In this document: positions 1-9,555 of the stretch, one piece after another
How the letters are laid out: the number at the start of each line of letters is the position of its first letter
Position numbering within the stretch: the stretch's first letter is position 1
Assembly (NCBI GenBank): GCA_014859835.1
Contig: JACZKW010000112.1
Span: forward strand, 1 to 52,972
Direction of reading: 5' to 3'
Source: Thermoplasmata archaeon
Lineage (GTDB): Archaea; Thermoplasmatota; Thermoplasmata; UBA10834
Length of the DNA: 52,972 nucleotides
Position numbers and translations under genes: made by a program
The notes under the pieces: model-generated
What the model was told of the DNA's origin: nothing
Databases searched by the model: none
What the model saw: the letters and a program-made list of their open reading frames with translations, nothing else

Positions 1-1349
1 TCATAGATGAGATCGACAGCATCGCGCCCAAGAGGGACGAGGTGACTGCAGAGACGGAGCGCAGGGTGGTCGCACAACTCCTCGCACTCATGGATGGGCT
101 CGAAGGCAGGGGGAAGGTCGTGGTCATAGGGGCTACGAACAGGCCGAACGCGCTCGACCCCGCTCTTAGGAGACCAGGAAGGTTCGACCGCGAGATAGAG
201 ATGGGCATACCGAACAAGGAAGGTAGGCTGCAGATACTGCAGATACACACCCGTGGAATGCCTCTCGATGATGATGTCGACCTGGACAAGCTAGCGTCCA
301 TGACCCATGGCTATGTCGGTGCAGATCTCGCAGCTTTGACCAGAGAAGCTGCGATGCGATCGCTGAGAAAGGTCCTTCCGACCATGGACCTGGAGGCGGA
401 GTCTATACCGACCGAAGTGTTGAACGGTTTGAGCACCCGAATGGAGGATTTCATGGATGCATACCGAGAGATGCAGCCTTCCACACTCAGGGAGGTCCTG
501 GTTGAATCGCCCAATGTCAAATGGGAGGAGATCGGCGGCCTTGAGAAACCGAAGCAGGAATTGATGGAGTCCGTCGAATGGCCTCTGAAGTATTCTGCAT
601 TGTACAGACATATGAATGCGACGCCGCCGAAGGGGTTGTTGCTCTACGGTCCTCCTGGCACGGGCAAGACACTTCTTGCGAAAGCCGTCGCGAGCGAGAG
701 CGAGGCTAATTTCATAAGCGTGAAGGGACCAGAATTCCTATCTAAGTGGGTCGGTGAGAGCGAGAAGGCCGTCCGCGAGACCTTCAGGAAGGCCAGACAG
801 GCGGCACCGTGCGTGATATTCCTGGATGAGATAGACGCGATAGCGCCAGTGAGAGGGACTTCGAGCGACTCCGGTGTGACCGAGAGGGTCATAAGCCAGT
901 TGCTGACGGAGATGGACGGGCTTGAGTCACTCCATAACGTGGTGGTGATCGCGGCGACAAATCGACCGGACATAATCGATCCAGCGCTCCTGAGACCGGG
1001 CAGGTTCGACAGGATGGTCTACATAGGGCCTCCGGATCTTGCTGCCAGGAAGGAGATAATGAGGATACACACAAAGGGTAAACCTTTGGACGACGATGTG
1101 GACCTTGACAAACTGGCCTCAAAGATGGAGAACTACACGGGTGCTGAGATATCGGCCGTGTGCAACGAAGCTGTGATGCTGGCGATAAGGGACTACGTCC
1201 TTGAAGGCAGCGGCCTCGACGAGGAGAAGATGAAGGGGCGCAAGGTCGGCATGAAGTACTTCGAGGCGGCCATGGAGAACGTGGTGCCAATGACCGAGAA
1301 CGAGATCCGGAGATACGAGAAACTGTCGCCGAATTCGATGTACAGATGA
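1..1349 (+). CDS. cdc48: CDC48/VCP-like AAA+ ATPase, C-terminal portion (5' end cut by the window edge)
   Basis: The frame is open from base 3 ([13 protein letters not shown], the end of the first AAA module). The second AAA module has Walker A GPPGTGKT, Walker B VIFLDEID and the [15 protein letters not shown] second region of homology. Confidence 0.9.
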   Translation, partial: IDEIDSIAPKRDEVTAETERRVVAQLLALMDGLEGRGKVVVIGATNRPNALDPALRRPGRFDREIEMGIPNKEGRLQILQIHTRGMPLDDDVDLDKLASMTHGYVGADLAALTREAAMRSLRKVLPTMDLEAESIPTEVLNGLSTRMEDFMDAYREMQPSTLREVLVESPNVKWEEIGGLEKPKQELMESVEWPLKYSALYRHMNATPPKGLLLYGPPGTGKTLLAKAVASESEANFISVKGPEFLSKWVGESEKAVRETFRKARQAAPCVIFLDEIDAIAPVRGTSSDSGVTERVISQLLTEMDGLESLHNVVVIAATNRPDIIDPALLRPGRFDRMVYIGPPDLAARKEIMRIHTKGKPLDDDVDLDKLASKMENYTGAEISAVCNEAVMLAIRDYVLEGSGLDEEKMKGRKVGMKYFEAAMENVVPMTENEIRRYEKLSPNSMYR

Positions 1350-2371
1350 AACAGAGGCTTGGGATGGACTTGCAGGAACAAATGGCCAAACCTGTCAGGC
1401 ACGGGAGATCCGTCGCCAGTGACAGGGAGCAATTGATCAGGAGGATCAGGGAGACTCTCGCGAAGTGCGGATTCTACGTGTCGAACCCGCACAATCTGAG
1501 GAGCATAAGCTTCGACCTGGTCGCGCGCAGGGATAGACAATTGCTGATAGTCAAGGCTCTGTGCAACATAGATTCACTATCATCAGAGGACGCCGAGGAA
1601 CTCAAAGTATTGGGCAGACTGCTCAATGCGAGCCCTGCGGTGATAGGGTTGCACTCCAGCTCCGCGGAGCTGGAGGATGGCATCCTCTACACCAGGTTCG
1701 GAGTGCCCATCGTGTCCGAGGGCACCTTCGCGGAATTCATGCTCGAAGGCGTACCGCCACTGGTATACGCAGCCCCTGGGGGGCTGTATGTCCGGCTCGA
1801 TGGCGAGATGCTCAAGCAGCTCAGACAGGAGAGGGCCATATCATTAGGGACTCTGGCCGAGGCTGCGGGCGTTTCCAGGAAAGCCATCCAGATGTACGAA
1901 TCAGGCATGGGTGCGATGATGGACATAGCATCAAGGATCGAAGAGTTCCTTGACGCGCCATTGCTGGTTCCACTCGATCCGTTCACGTACATCGCGGAGG
2001 TCGCCGAGAACCTGAAGGTTCTCGAGGATTTCGAAGGGCACAACAAGGACATATTCGAGATGATGAGGGAGATAGGCTATTCCGTCGTCCCTACCAGGAA
2101 GGCGCCATTCGACGCTCTCGCGAGCGAAGAGGAGCTGCTTCTGCTCACGGGCATAGGAGAGGATCCAAGGATGACCGAGAAGAAGGCGAAGGTCGTCGGG
2201 AACCTCTCGAGGGTCACGGAGAGGAAAAGCGTCATAATCATACACAAACGTACGAGCATCGAAGAGATCGATGGCACACCGCTTGTGACCAAGGACGAGC
2301 TCAGAAGGGTGGACCATTCTGATGATTTGATGGAACTCATACTCAAGAGAGAGAAGAGGCCGATGCAATGA
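1346..2371 (+). CDS. Archaeal putative HTH-type (Cro/C1-XRE) transcriptional regulator, about 320-aa family
   Basis: Central XRE-like HTH ([32 protein letters not shown]). The N-terminal [17 protein letters not shown] region is typical of this archaeal family. An ATGA start/stop overlap links it to cdc48. Confidence 0.6.
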   Translation: MKQRLGMDLQEQMAKPVRHGRSVASDREQLIRRIRETLAKCGFYVSNPHNLRSISFDLVARRDRQLLIVKALCNIDSLSSEDAEELKVLGRLLNASPAVIGLHSSSAELEDGILYTRFGVPIVSEGTFAEFMLEGVPPLVYAAPGGLYVRLDGEMLKQLRQERAISLGTLAEAAGVSRKAIQMYESGMGAMMDIASRIEEFLDAPLLVPLDPFTYIAEVAENLKVLEDFEGHNKDIFEMMREIGYSVVPTRKAPFDALASEEELLLLTGIGEDPRMTEKKAKVVGNLSRVTERKSVIIIHKRTSIEEIDGTPLVTKDELRRVDHSDDLMELILKREKRPMQ

Positions 2372-2994
2372 AAGCGATGACCACCATAAATGCGAATGGC
2401 CACATGATCCACATCCTTCCCGTGATAAAAGGTCTGAAATCCGAGGCAGACAAGGTCAAGGATGCTTTCGAGAAGGTGCAGCCGAACAAGGTGGCGATCT
2501 CGCTCTCGAAGGAAGAGATAGAAGGTCTGAGGAACCTGCCCGATGACTACGAGCCTGAACTCTCGAGATATGACGAGATATATGTTTCCAGATTGGGCAG
2601 ATATGGAGAGGTCGCCGCGCCACCACCGTGTTATGTGGCAGCCGTTGAGCTATCGGACCATTTCGGAATACCTCTCGTCCCGGTGGATCTGGATGAGGTC
2701 AGCTACACGGACCTCTATTGTGCGGCCGTCACGGGCTCCGCGCTCTTCAGGCATTCCACGAGGACATGGGCTCTCAGGCACAGAAGTTTCAATGCGGAAA
2801 CACCTGAGGAGTTCGTGGTGCTCTGGGATCGTGTGATAAACGGCATGCAGGGGTTCAGACTCATAGAGAGCAAGCGGGTCGAAGCCATGGCCAAGGGCAT
2901 ACTGGATGCCTCGACGAGCTCGAAGGATCTTCTGGTGGTCCTTGAGCTCGAGAGGGCGCAAGAGGTCAGCGAGCGGATCAAGGAAGCCCTCTAG
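2368..2994 (+). CDS. TraB/PrgY-like family protein (tentative)
   Basis: 208 aa, with a start overlapping the upstream stop. The N-terminal I-H-I-L-P-V...KV..AF..V.P..VAI.LS.EE pattern resembles the TraB family, but the canonical GTAHVS motif is absent. Confidence 0.35.
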   Translation: MKAMTTINANGHMIHILPVIKGLKSEADKVKDAFEKVQPNKVAISLSKEEIEGLRNLPDDYEPELSRYDEIYVSRLGRYGEVAAPPPCYVAAVELSDHFGIPLVPVDLDEVSYTDLYCAAVTGSALFRHSTRTWALRHRSFNAETPEEFVVLWDRVINGMQGFRLIESKRVEAMAKGILDASTSSKDLLVVLELERAQEVSERIKEAL

Positions 2995-3044
2995 GTATTC
3001 GATCGAAAAACTGGAGAAGAAAGGAGTTTGGAGCGTTTTGTTCT

Positions 3045-6000
3045 CTAGGAATTCTCGTGCATGACATCGGCTACTAGCAACGCGATCATCGATCCCTGCT
3101 CGGTCCCCGTGAGGTAACCGGCATAATGATCTTTGATCTGGACGTACCAGTAACTGTCGATGTTGATGTACACGCCGACCACGGTGATCTGAGATGCACT
3201 ATTGATATCGCTCCGAGTGAAGCTTGCCACAACATCGGAGTAGTCATCACCGTTCACATCGGCGACGGTGAATAGTGTCGGTGATACTAATGCCATGTAC
3301 GCGCCAGGGCCATAGACATAGAGGTACGAGTTCGTGACACTCCACCCGCTGACATAATCCTCAAGGCCCGTTGTATTGAATGTCGACCAGTTGCCATTCT
3401 TCGCCGCAACTACCTCGAGTTCATCAGCATCGTAGATGTTTGCTGCTCGAACACAAGTATAGAGCCTGGATTGGGCCGCTACCTGGAGAGTATCATCCGT
3501 ATATGTCCCGAACACGTCCGAATAGACGACCACGAAGTCCAGTTCTATTTCATCCTGGAGGGCCCCATAGGTGTTAAGAGAGTCCGTCACTCTAACGAAG
3601 ATGGTGTGTCCGACTACATTGGATGGCATCCTGTAATCGTACTCGGTCCAATCAGTCGTGCCGTTTACTACGACAATGACGGGGGTGAACTTGCCATCTG
3701 TCCCATTCGTCGAATCGGTCGAATACCAGATATAGAACGATTCGTCGTTCCCGATAGTGCGAGCTTTGACATGCAATATCTGGTCCAGATTGGCAGTGAG
3801 TGTCTCGACTTTGAATGTCGCGGACAGCTTCCCTTCGACTGCATCCTCGGTCAATGTCAGGTAGTCGCCGCCTACTGACGTCGCTCCATCAACATTATCC
3901 GACGGATCCATCTCGCCATATGGAATTACGGTGTTGAATGTCGAATATGCAATGAATACATTCTCACTCGCCGATGAGGACTGCGAATAATAGTTGACAT
4001 AGACCCCTTGGATTCCGGCGGCCCCAACAGTCGTTGGGTCGGCGGTCAGGATATCATACATCCCATCGCCATTTACATCTGCGATATCGAAATCCTCAAT
4101 ATTTGCATTGCCGCTCGCCGGGATACGCGCGATCTGAGTTGTCGCCCAATGCTTTAGATCGTGAACATACACGACACCGTTCGCGAGTGTGATGAGGTCA
4201 TCCGCACCATCACCATTCATGTCCTTCAAATCGATTTTCCTGATACCATCGTAAGTCGCATCGATCGTAACGGAAGGAATGAATCTTACTGCAACGGCAC
4301 CGTAGGTATTGTTGTAGATGAACAGCTTGTCTGCTGCTGTTGCGTATACGATATCGATATCACCGTCGCCATTAGTGTCTCCTGCTGCAATCCATTCGAT
4401 CAGGATAGTCGTATCATCTGCACTTGCCCTGGTGATATACGATGGGGATTGCCAAGTACCGTATGTGTTCATCGAATTCTCGAAATATAGAAGATGTCCT
4501 TCTGCGACAAAACCTGCTCCTGCTGGCTTGAACTTGGCTGCGATGAGGTCGTCATCGGCGTCACCGTCGATATCTCCCACAGCCATTGCGGTCATGTAGT
4601 ACATCGCTGCGGCACTTGGAGAATTCGATTGATCATACAGCACCCTGGTCGTGAAGAAGTTGTTGTTCTCGATATGGTAAACATATTCGGGATTGATGAA
4701 GTTGGTACTGCCACCTCTCGTCGAATAGATGCCATTCGTTGCAGTGAAGAAGTCCATCTTGCTCACGCTTGCCGTAATACTGACCTGTTTTGCGAGGCTA
4801 TAGACCCCTTCATTATCGTCACTGAAACTGGATATGCGTAGCGTGTACGTGTTTCTGCCAGAGAGCCACTGGTCAGCATTGTTGATCCTCAGGTCGATGG
4901 TGAAACTGTATCTCTCGTGGCTAGTGTTGGTCGGGTCTTGCACGAAGTTGCTGATCATTGCACCGGCAGGCGGGGTTCCGAATATCTGCGCACCACCTGT
5001 CAGATCCTCTATCCTTATCTCACCGACTACAGGGGATGGTGTGTCCTGAGCATCCTGAACATTTACGCTTGCGTAGATGGTGTGTGTGTCACCGTTGACC
5101 TCGTAAGGGGTATCCTTTGTACCGAATGGCGTGGTCATCGTAGCATCCGAGTACAGGTAGATCCGCGGGATGAAGGTGATCGGAGAGTCGGCCTGCTGGA
5201 CTATGAGCGTTATATCTGCCTGGAATACGACCTCATCAGTGCCTGCACTCCTGAGGAGGATGTTCATGTTGTATGCGCTCGGTGGCAGACCAGATGTGTT
5301 GAATTTGGCCTGATACATCTGAGCCGGTCCGGACGATCCATAGACATAGAATGGATCACCGGGAGTGACGGCACTCTCGTTGAAGTAGGTTGGGACATAA
5401 GTGAGACCCGTCCTGGTATCTGTAAGAGTCAAATCGTTCCTGCCCAGGATGTTGGTCATCTGGGTGCTTCCGACCCTGACGAATACTCTCTCATCTTTGT
5501 TGAATGTCGTCCTTGCATCATTGACATCGGCCTTCCATGTAGGCACACCGTCCGTTATGTTCTCGCCATAGACACCGTAGCCTGCACCCAGCATGGGTGA
5601 TGTGAATGAGAGATATGAAGGCAGACCGCCTTCGCTAGTCTCGGTATCGATGAATGTTGTCGAGGTGTCGACAGGGAGAACGACTACTGAGATCTTGAAA
5701 TTTGATATGGACTCGTGACCAGCAAGGTCCTCAGCATGGATGATGAGGACCTTTCCGTCAACGCTGACCACGTCATTGGTCACATTTATGTAGTCCCATC
5801 GGAACCAACCTCCGCTTGCCCCCTCATACGTATCAACAGCGAGGCCCCCGATACTGGTCGAATCGACCCAGACACCGCTCGTAGTAGTGTCCAGATCACC
5901 ATCAAGATCGATGACTTTGACGAACAGTGAGAAATCATCTCCGGCCTTGACATAGTCCGCAGTCGGTGTGTTCACATTGGAATCGACGTATCTCTGCAGT

Positions 6001-6476
6001 ATGGTAGGTGGTCCGCCGCCCATTCCACCGCTGAGCTGGCTGACCCAGACGGCAGAGTGCTTGACATCGTCGATGACCGTCACGGTTATTACGCTTGAAT
6101 ATGAAGTGCTGGTGAAGGTCTTGGTCCAATCAAGACCAGTGGCCCAAGAATCATGAGTGAATTCTGCATCCTCAGAGAGTTTGTAGGTGTAGCTCACGTC
6201 GTCGATGAGGACGAAAACTGTCGTGTAATTGGCAGGAAGTACCGCACCTCCGGAGTGAGTGATGGTCAGAGTCGCCTCCGTGCCAGAAGCATCGAACGAA
6301 ACGCTGCCGACGAAATCGGTCTTCGTGGCCAATTCAGGGACGGGCATCTGATTGACGAATACCATGATTCCGCTGAACAGCATCACAGTTATCATTAGTA
6401 TGAGTATATTGCCGATAATTTCGGAAACAGCGCTATCATCAGACCATGCCTTTCTCTTGAATAGTTTCAGACTCAT
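3045..6476 (-). CDS. Large secreted/surface protein (1143 aa) with an archaeal type IV pilin-like (class III) signal peptide and FG-GAP/VCBS-like Ca-binding repeats
   Basis: Start taken at the ATG at 6476, with GGAGG 9 nt upstream. N-terminus MSLKLFKRKAWSDDSAVSEIIGNILILMITVMLFSGIMVFV. Repeats: DIDGDADDDLIAAK, DTNGDGDIDIVYA, DMNGDGADDLITL, DVNGDGMYDILTA, DVNGDDYSDVVAS. The 47 codons upstream in the ORF track are probably not translated. Confidence 0.75.
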   Translation of the reverse strand: MSLKLFKRKAWSDDSAVSEIIGNILILMITVMLFSGIMVFVNQMPVPELATKTDFVGSVSFDASGTEATLTITHSGGAVLPANYTTVFVLIDDVSYTYKLSEDAEFTHDSWATGLDWTKTFTSTSYSSVITVTVIDDVKHSAVWVSQLSGGMGGGPPTILQRYVDSNVNTPTADYVKAGDDFSLFVKVIDLDGDLDTTTSGVWVDSTSIGGLAVDTYEGASGGWFRWDYINVTNDVVSVDGKVLIIHAEDLAGHESISNFKISVVVLPVDTSTTFIDTETSEGGLPSYLSFTSPMLGAGYGVYGENITDGVPTWKADVNDARTTFNKDERVFVRVGSTQMTNILGRNDLTLTDTRTGLTYVPTYFNESAVTPGDPFYVYGSSGPAQMYQAKFNTSGLPPSAYNMNILLRSAGTDEVVFQADITLIVQQADSPITFIPRIYLYSDATMTTPFGTKDTPYEVNGDTHTIYASVNVQDAQDTPSPVVGEIRIEDLTGGAQIFGTPPAGAMISNFVQDPTNTSHERYSFTIDLRINNADQWLSGRNTYTLRISSFSDDNEGVYSLAKQVSITASVSKMDFFTATNGIYSTRGGSTNFINPEYVYHIENNNFFTTRVLYDQSNSPSAAAMYYMTAMAVGDIDGDADDDLIAAKFKPAGAGFVAEGHLLYFENSMNTYGTWQSPSYITRASADDTTILIEWIAAGDTNGDGDIDIVYATAADKLFIYNNTYGAVAVRFIPSVTIDATYDGIRKIDLKDMNGDGADDLITLANGVVYVHDLKHWATTQIARIPASGNANIEDFDIADVNGDGMYDILTADPTTVGAAGIQGVYVNYYSQSSSASENVFIAYSTFNTVIPYGEMDPSDNVDGATSVGGDYLTLTEDAVEGKLSATFKVETLTANLDQILHVKARTIGNDESFYIWYSTDSTNGTDGKFTPVIVVVNGTTDWTEYDYRMPSNVVGHTIFVRVTDSLNTYGALQDEIELDFVVVYSDVFGTYTDDTLQVAAQSRLYTCVRAANIYDADELEVVAAKNGNWSTFNTTGLEDYVSGWSVTNSYLYVYGPGAYMALVSPTLFTVADVNGDDYSDVVASFTRSDINSASQITVVGVYINIDSYWYVQIKDHYAGYLTGTEQGSMIALLVADVMHENS

Positions 6477-6537
6477 CGATGCATCCTCCGGGGAGATGGA
6501 GTGCCCTGCCAGCTTAGGTTTCAAACGTATAAGTGCG

Positions 6538-6545
6538 TATATAAA
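6538..6545 (-). promoter_or_regulatory. Candidate TATA box for the pilin-like giant protein gene
   Basis: The minus strand reads TTTATATA, about 62-69 nt upstream of the ATG at 6476. Confidence 0.35.
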
Positions 6546-6619
6546 CGTGTTGCGGTCATTACCAACTACCTTACGAGAGGTCGGCCACCATGTGTCTGGT
6601 ACCGATCGCGACCGCACGG

Positions 6620-6627
6620 TTATATAA
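6620..6627 (+). promoter_or_regulatory. Candidate TATA box for the wHTH/ATPase-like regulator (near-leaderless transcript)
   Basis: TTATATAA ends 24 nt before the ATG at 6651. Confidence 0.4.
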
Positions 6628-6650
6628 GCTCAAGGGTATTTCGCGGGTTG

Positions 6651-7784
6651 ATGTCTGAAGCTGGCCAGCTCAGCGTCAATGATAGGGTGCTTCTACACCT
6701 GCTCAGGTTCGCTACCGACGTACCACCTACGGAATTCCCGTCGGAGTGTACACAGGCAGGAATAGCAGCGGCCATCGGCATATCACGAACCCATGCCCCG
6801 AGGGCGGTCAAGGGGCTCATGAAACAGGGTTTTGTCGATGAGTCGAGGGCCCGAGTCACGGGTCATGAGAGAAGGATGAGTGTCTATGCGGTCACCGCAG
6901 AAGGTGTCAAGACCGCCTCGGAGCTTTGGAGAGATATCTCGAATTCCCTGCTCAAAGTCCAGTGCGGAGACAGTGCGGAATCCATGACAGGCGCTCAGAT
7001 CGAGGAGCTGGTGGGCAAGAAGAAGGCTCTCGCCATTGTATCACGCATAAAAGATGGGGTCGTCGACATGGGGAAGAAGCAGACCGAGACCATCAGGATG
7101 ATAGACGATTCCCCAGAGCCTGTAGAGTTCTATGGAAGAGATGATGAGCTTAGGAGTGGGGAAGACTTCCTCCGGTCTGATTCGCGTGCAATGGTCATCT
7201 TGGGCAATCGCGGCTCCGGCACATCCACCATCGCAAGAAGGTTGATACAGACCCATGACGAAGCCAATGCGTTATGGATCCCTCTGGATTCGCAAACCTC
7301 CCTCGAAGAGATCCTTGCTAAGCTGCGTCGATTCGCCGAGAAGGTGTCAGGGCAATCCACGGAGAATGACCGCGCCCTTGATCTGGAGGAGAGCGTCATA
7401 ATCTTCGATGATTTCTTCATAGTAACCGAAGAGGTCGTCGAGTTCCTCACGACCATGATCGAATCCGACGGAAGGACGAAGATCATAGTGACCGCGAGGG
7501 AGGAGACGCCAGCATACAACTGGTTCTACCACAAGAAGCATGTCGATGACGAGACTGTCAGGGTGCTCAGGATCAAAGGGCTCGATGAGAAGAGCGCCAT
7601 GAGACTCCTGGGTAACGAGAAGATAGAGAAGGACGCGTTCAGAAGGATATTCATGATGAGCCGCGGTCAGCCCATGATCCTGAGGATGCTCGCGGATGGC
7701 GATTATGAAGGGCTTAAGAAGAACACGGTCTTCACGACAGAGGAGGCGCGCTACCTCCTCTTCCTCAAGGATAAGAAGGGCTGA
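6651..7784 (+). CDS. Winged-helix DNA-binding protein fused to an archaeal-ATPase (ORC/STAND-like) domain with a degenerate P-loop
   Basis: N-terminal wHTH (TQAGIAAAIGISRTHAPRAVKGLMKQGFV..RMSVYAVT). FYGRDDEL motif followed by GNRGSGTST, where the Walker A lysine is replaced by Thr. Walker B-like VIIFDDF. Confidence 0.6.
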   Translation: MSEAGQLSVNDRVLLHLLRFATDVPPTEFPSECTQAGIAAAIGISRTHAPRAVKGLMKQGFVDESRARVTGHERRMSVYAVTAEGVKTASELWRDISNSLLKVQCGDSAESMTGAQIEELVGKKKALAIVSRIKDGVVDMGKKQTETIRMIDDSPEPVEFYGRDDELRSGEDFLRSDSRAMVILGNRGSGTSTIARRLIQTHDEANALWIPLDSQTSLEEILAKLRRFAEKVSGQSTENDRALDLEESVIIFDDFFIVTEEVVEFLTTMIESDGRTKIIVTAREETPAYNWFYHKKHVDDETVRVLRIKGLDEKSAMRLLGNEKIEKDAFRRIFMMSRGQPMILRMLADGDYEGLKKNTVFTTEEARYLLFLKDKKG

Positions 7785-7787
7785 CGG

Positions 7788-8366
7788 CTACCATTCTACT
7801 CCACGTCGGGCCTCGTCGCCTTTATCGAATGGATGCTTCACGCTTTGGATGAAGGAGACATAGTCCGCTTCAGACACGAATGACTTCGGCACGTTCCTAC
7901 CCGTCAGGATGACCTCGACGCCACTTTTCCTCGATCGGATGACCGCGAGCACCTCATCCGCGCTCAACAATCCGAAGTCGACCGCGACGCTTATCTCATC
8001 CAGGATCACGAGACCATAATCACCGGATGTCAAGAATTTCTCGGCCTGTCGCAAACCCTCGCCTGCCTTCGCGGTGTCGTGCTCGCGAGCCTGGCCAAAA
8101 TCGATGAAGTTGCCAGTCCCGAACTGCACTACTTCGATGTTCTCAAGATGTCTTGCAGAGATGACCTCTCCGCTGCCGTCGGCCTTCATGAACTGCACAA
8201 TGCCGACTCGGATGCCGTGGCCAGCTGCACGTATGGCCGACCCGAAAGCTGCGGTGGTCTTGCCCTTGCCAGGCCCAGTGATGACGTGGATCTTGCCCAA
8301 GCCCTTTACCTCAGACATCGAGAATGGGAGTAGCGTCCGACTAGAAAATCGCTTGGGCTGATTCAC
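7788..8366 (-). CDS. cobA: Cob(I)yrinic acid a,c-diamide (corrinoid) adenosyltransferase, CobA/CobO/BtuR type
   Basis: GPGKGKTTAAFGSAIRAAGHGIRVGIVQFMK, LVILDE and the C-terminal KHPFDKG are all typical of this family. The GTG at 8366 overlaps the upstream stop (GTGA). An alternative start is the ATG at 8318. Confidence 0.8.
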   Translation of the reverse strand: MNQPKRFSSRTLLPFSMSEVKGLGKIHVITGPGKGKTTAAFGSAIRAAGHGIRVGIVQFMKADGSGEVISARHLENIEVVQFGTGNFIDFGQAREHDTAKAGEGLRQAEKFLTSGDYGLVILDEISVAVDFGLLSADEVLAVIRSRKSGVEVILTGRNVPKSFVSEADYVSFIQSVKHPFDKGDEARRGVEW

Positions 8367-8872
8367 CGGTCCCTGTTGTTATCCTCTGGCAGAGAGAACT
8401 CGCGCTCGAGGTATCCCAACTGTTGCGTCTCCAGGGTTCTCGGGTCGACTGGAACAAGAAGGAGGGCTCCGGACATCGCCACCTCCTCGTTCGTGAGTTG
8501 TATCGCCTTCATGACGGTCGAGAAACCGTTCTCGGTTATCAGGTACTCAAGACCGTCGAGGAGGACTGTCGCTCCAGGGTTCGCCTTTATGAAATCCGAG
8601 ATCGTGCTGTGTATCTTCATCAATCTAGTCGGTTCGAGGTTGATCACACCACTGGCAGTTGTGGTCGTCTTGATGTTCTTGGCGATCCACATGATGGGGC
8701 AGTCCAAGCCGTACAGCTGCTGCACCCGACTCGGATGGGTGCGGGTGATTACAAGTCCACGCCTGCCCTCAGCGAGCATCTTCTTCATGGCATCATAGGC
8801 CTGTTCGACGCCCTTCTTCGTGAACAGGTACGAGTTGCCGTTGATGAGAGCAGGGCCATATCCGCCACTCAT
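8363..8872 (-). CDS. DUF835 domain protein
   Basis: Pattern G..GLVITRTHPSRV...Y......I.WI.......I.P..L..I...I..FI......VLLDGLEYLI..NGF..V...I..L......SGALLLVPVDPRTLE, characteristic of DUF835. Confidence 0.7.
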   Translation of the reverse strand: MSGGYGPALINGNSYLFTKKGVEQAYDAMKKMLAEGRRGLVITRTHPSRVQQLYGLDCPIMWIAKNIKTTTTASGVINLEPTRLMKIHSTISDFIKANPGATVLLDGLEYLITENGFSTVMKAIQLTNEEVAMSGALLLVPVDPRTLETQQLGYLEREFSLPEDNNRDR

Positions 8873-8880
8873 GAAATGAC

Positions 8881-9555
8881 TTACCTCAAGCCTGCCTGGA
8901 CCGCCAATCCCTCGTCGGTGATGTCGATCAACTGTCTTCCCGTCGTGTGCTTGGTCCCCCTCATTTTCAAGACTTCGAGGAATTTCCGCCTGACCTTCTC
9001 TTCCTCAGGGTAGGAGAGCATCACGACTCCATCGACCATGTAAGATTCCTGGCTATGGGAGATGTCATCGTATGACAGCTCCGCGGTGATGATCGCGAGC
9101 GATTCGAACGCTTTCAGGTAGGCGAACAGTTCGTGCATGAACTCCCTCGTCTCTCCACGCCATTGCAGCATATCGGTCATCGGGGTGATGGGATCGATCA
9201 CTATCCTGGCGGGATGGTGCTGTTCGATCTGCTTCTTTATAGTGCCCAGCATGTCACTCGGGTTCTTCATGAGCGTCGGTCCGATATCGATGAAGTTCAC
9301 AATCCCACGCTCTACCAGCTGCTGGTCGTAGAATGAGAACGATGAAAGGAATTTCTGCACGAGCCATTGCGGTTCCGATATTGCAGTTATGTAAAGGCCC
9401 TTCTCGCCCTCGCGAGCACCGTGGAACAGGCTCTGGACCGCGAAGGTGGTCTTTCCAGTACCTGGCTCGCCAGCGACAAGCACTGCGGATGGGAACGGGA
9501 AACCTCCCTGGAGCATTCCATCCAGGCCTGGTATCCCAGAAGTCTTCCTAGACAT
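8881..9555 (-). CDS. Single-domain KaiC-like (RecA-superfamily) ATPase
   Basis: GIPGLDGML.GG, Walker A GEPGTGKTTFA, Walker B RIVIDPITPM, and C-terminal KMRGTKH...R..I. Confidence 0.85.
   Translation of the reverse strand: MSRKTSGIPGLDGMLQGGFPFPSAVLVAGEPGTGKTTFAVQSLFHGAREGEKGLYITAISEPQWLVQKFLSSFSFYDQQLVERGIVNFIDIGPTLMKNPSDMLGTIKKQIEQHHPARIVIDPITPMTDMLQWRGETREFMHELFAYLKAFESLAIITAELSYDDISHSQESYMVDGVVMLSYPEEEKVRRKFLEVLKMRGTKHTTGRQLIDITDEGLAVQAGLR

Noticed and set aside
6477-6617. A longer start for the giant pilin-like protein, adding 47 residues.
   Set aside because: Class III signal peptides sit at the extreme N-terminus. The ATG at 6476 has GGAGG at the proper spacing, and the extension would bury the signal peptide.
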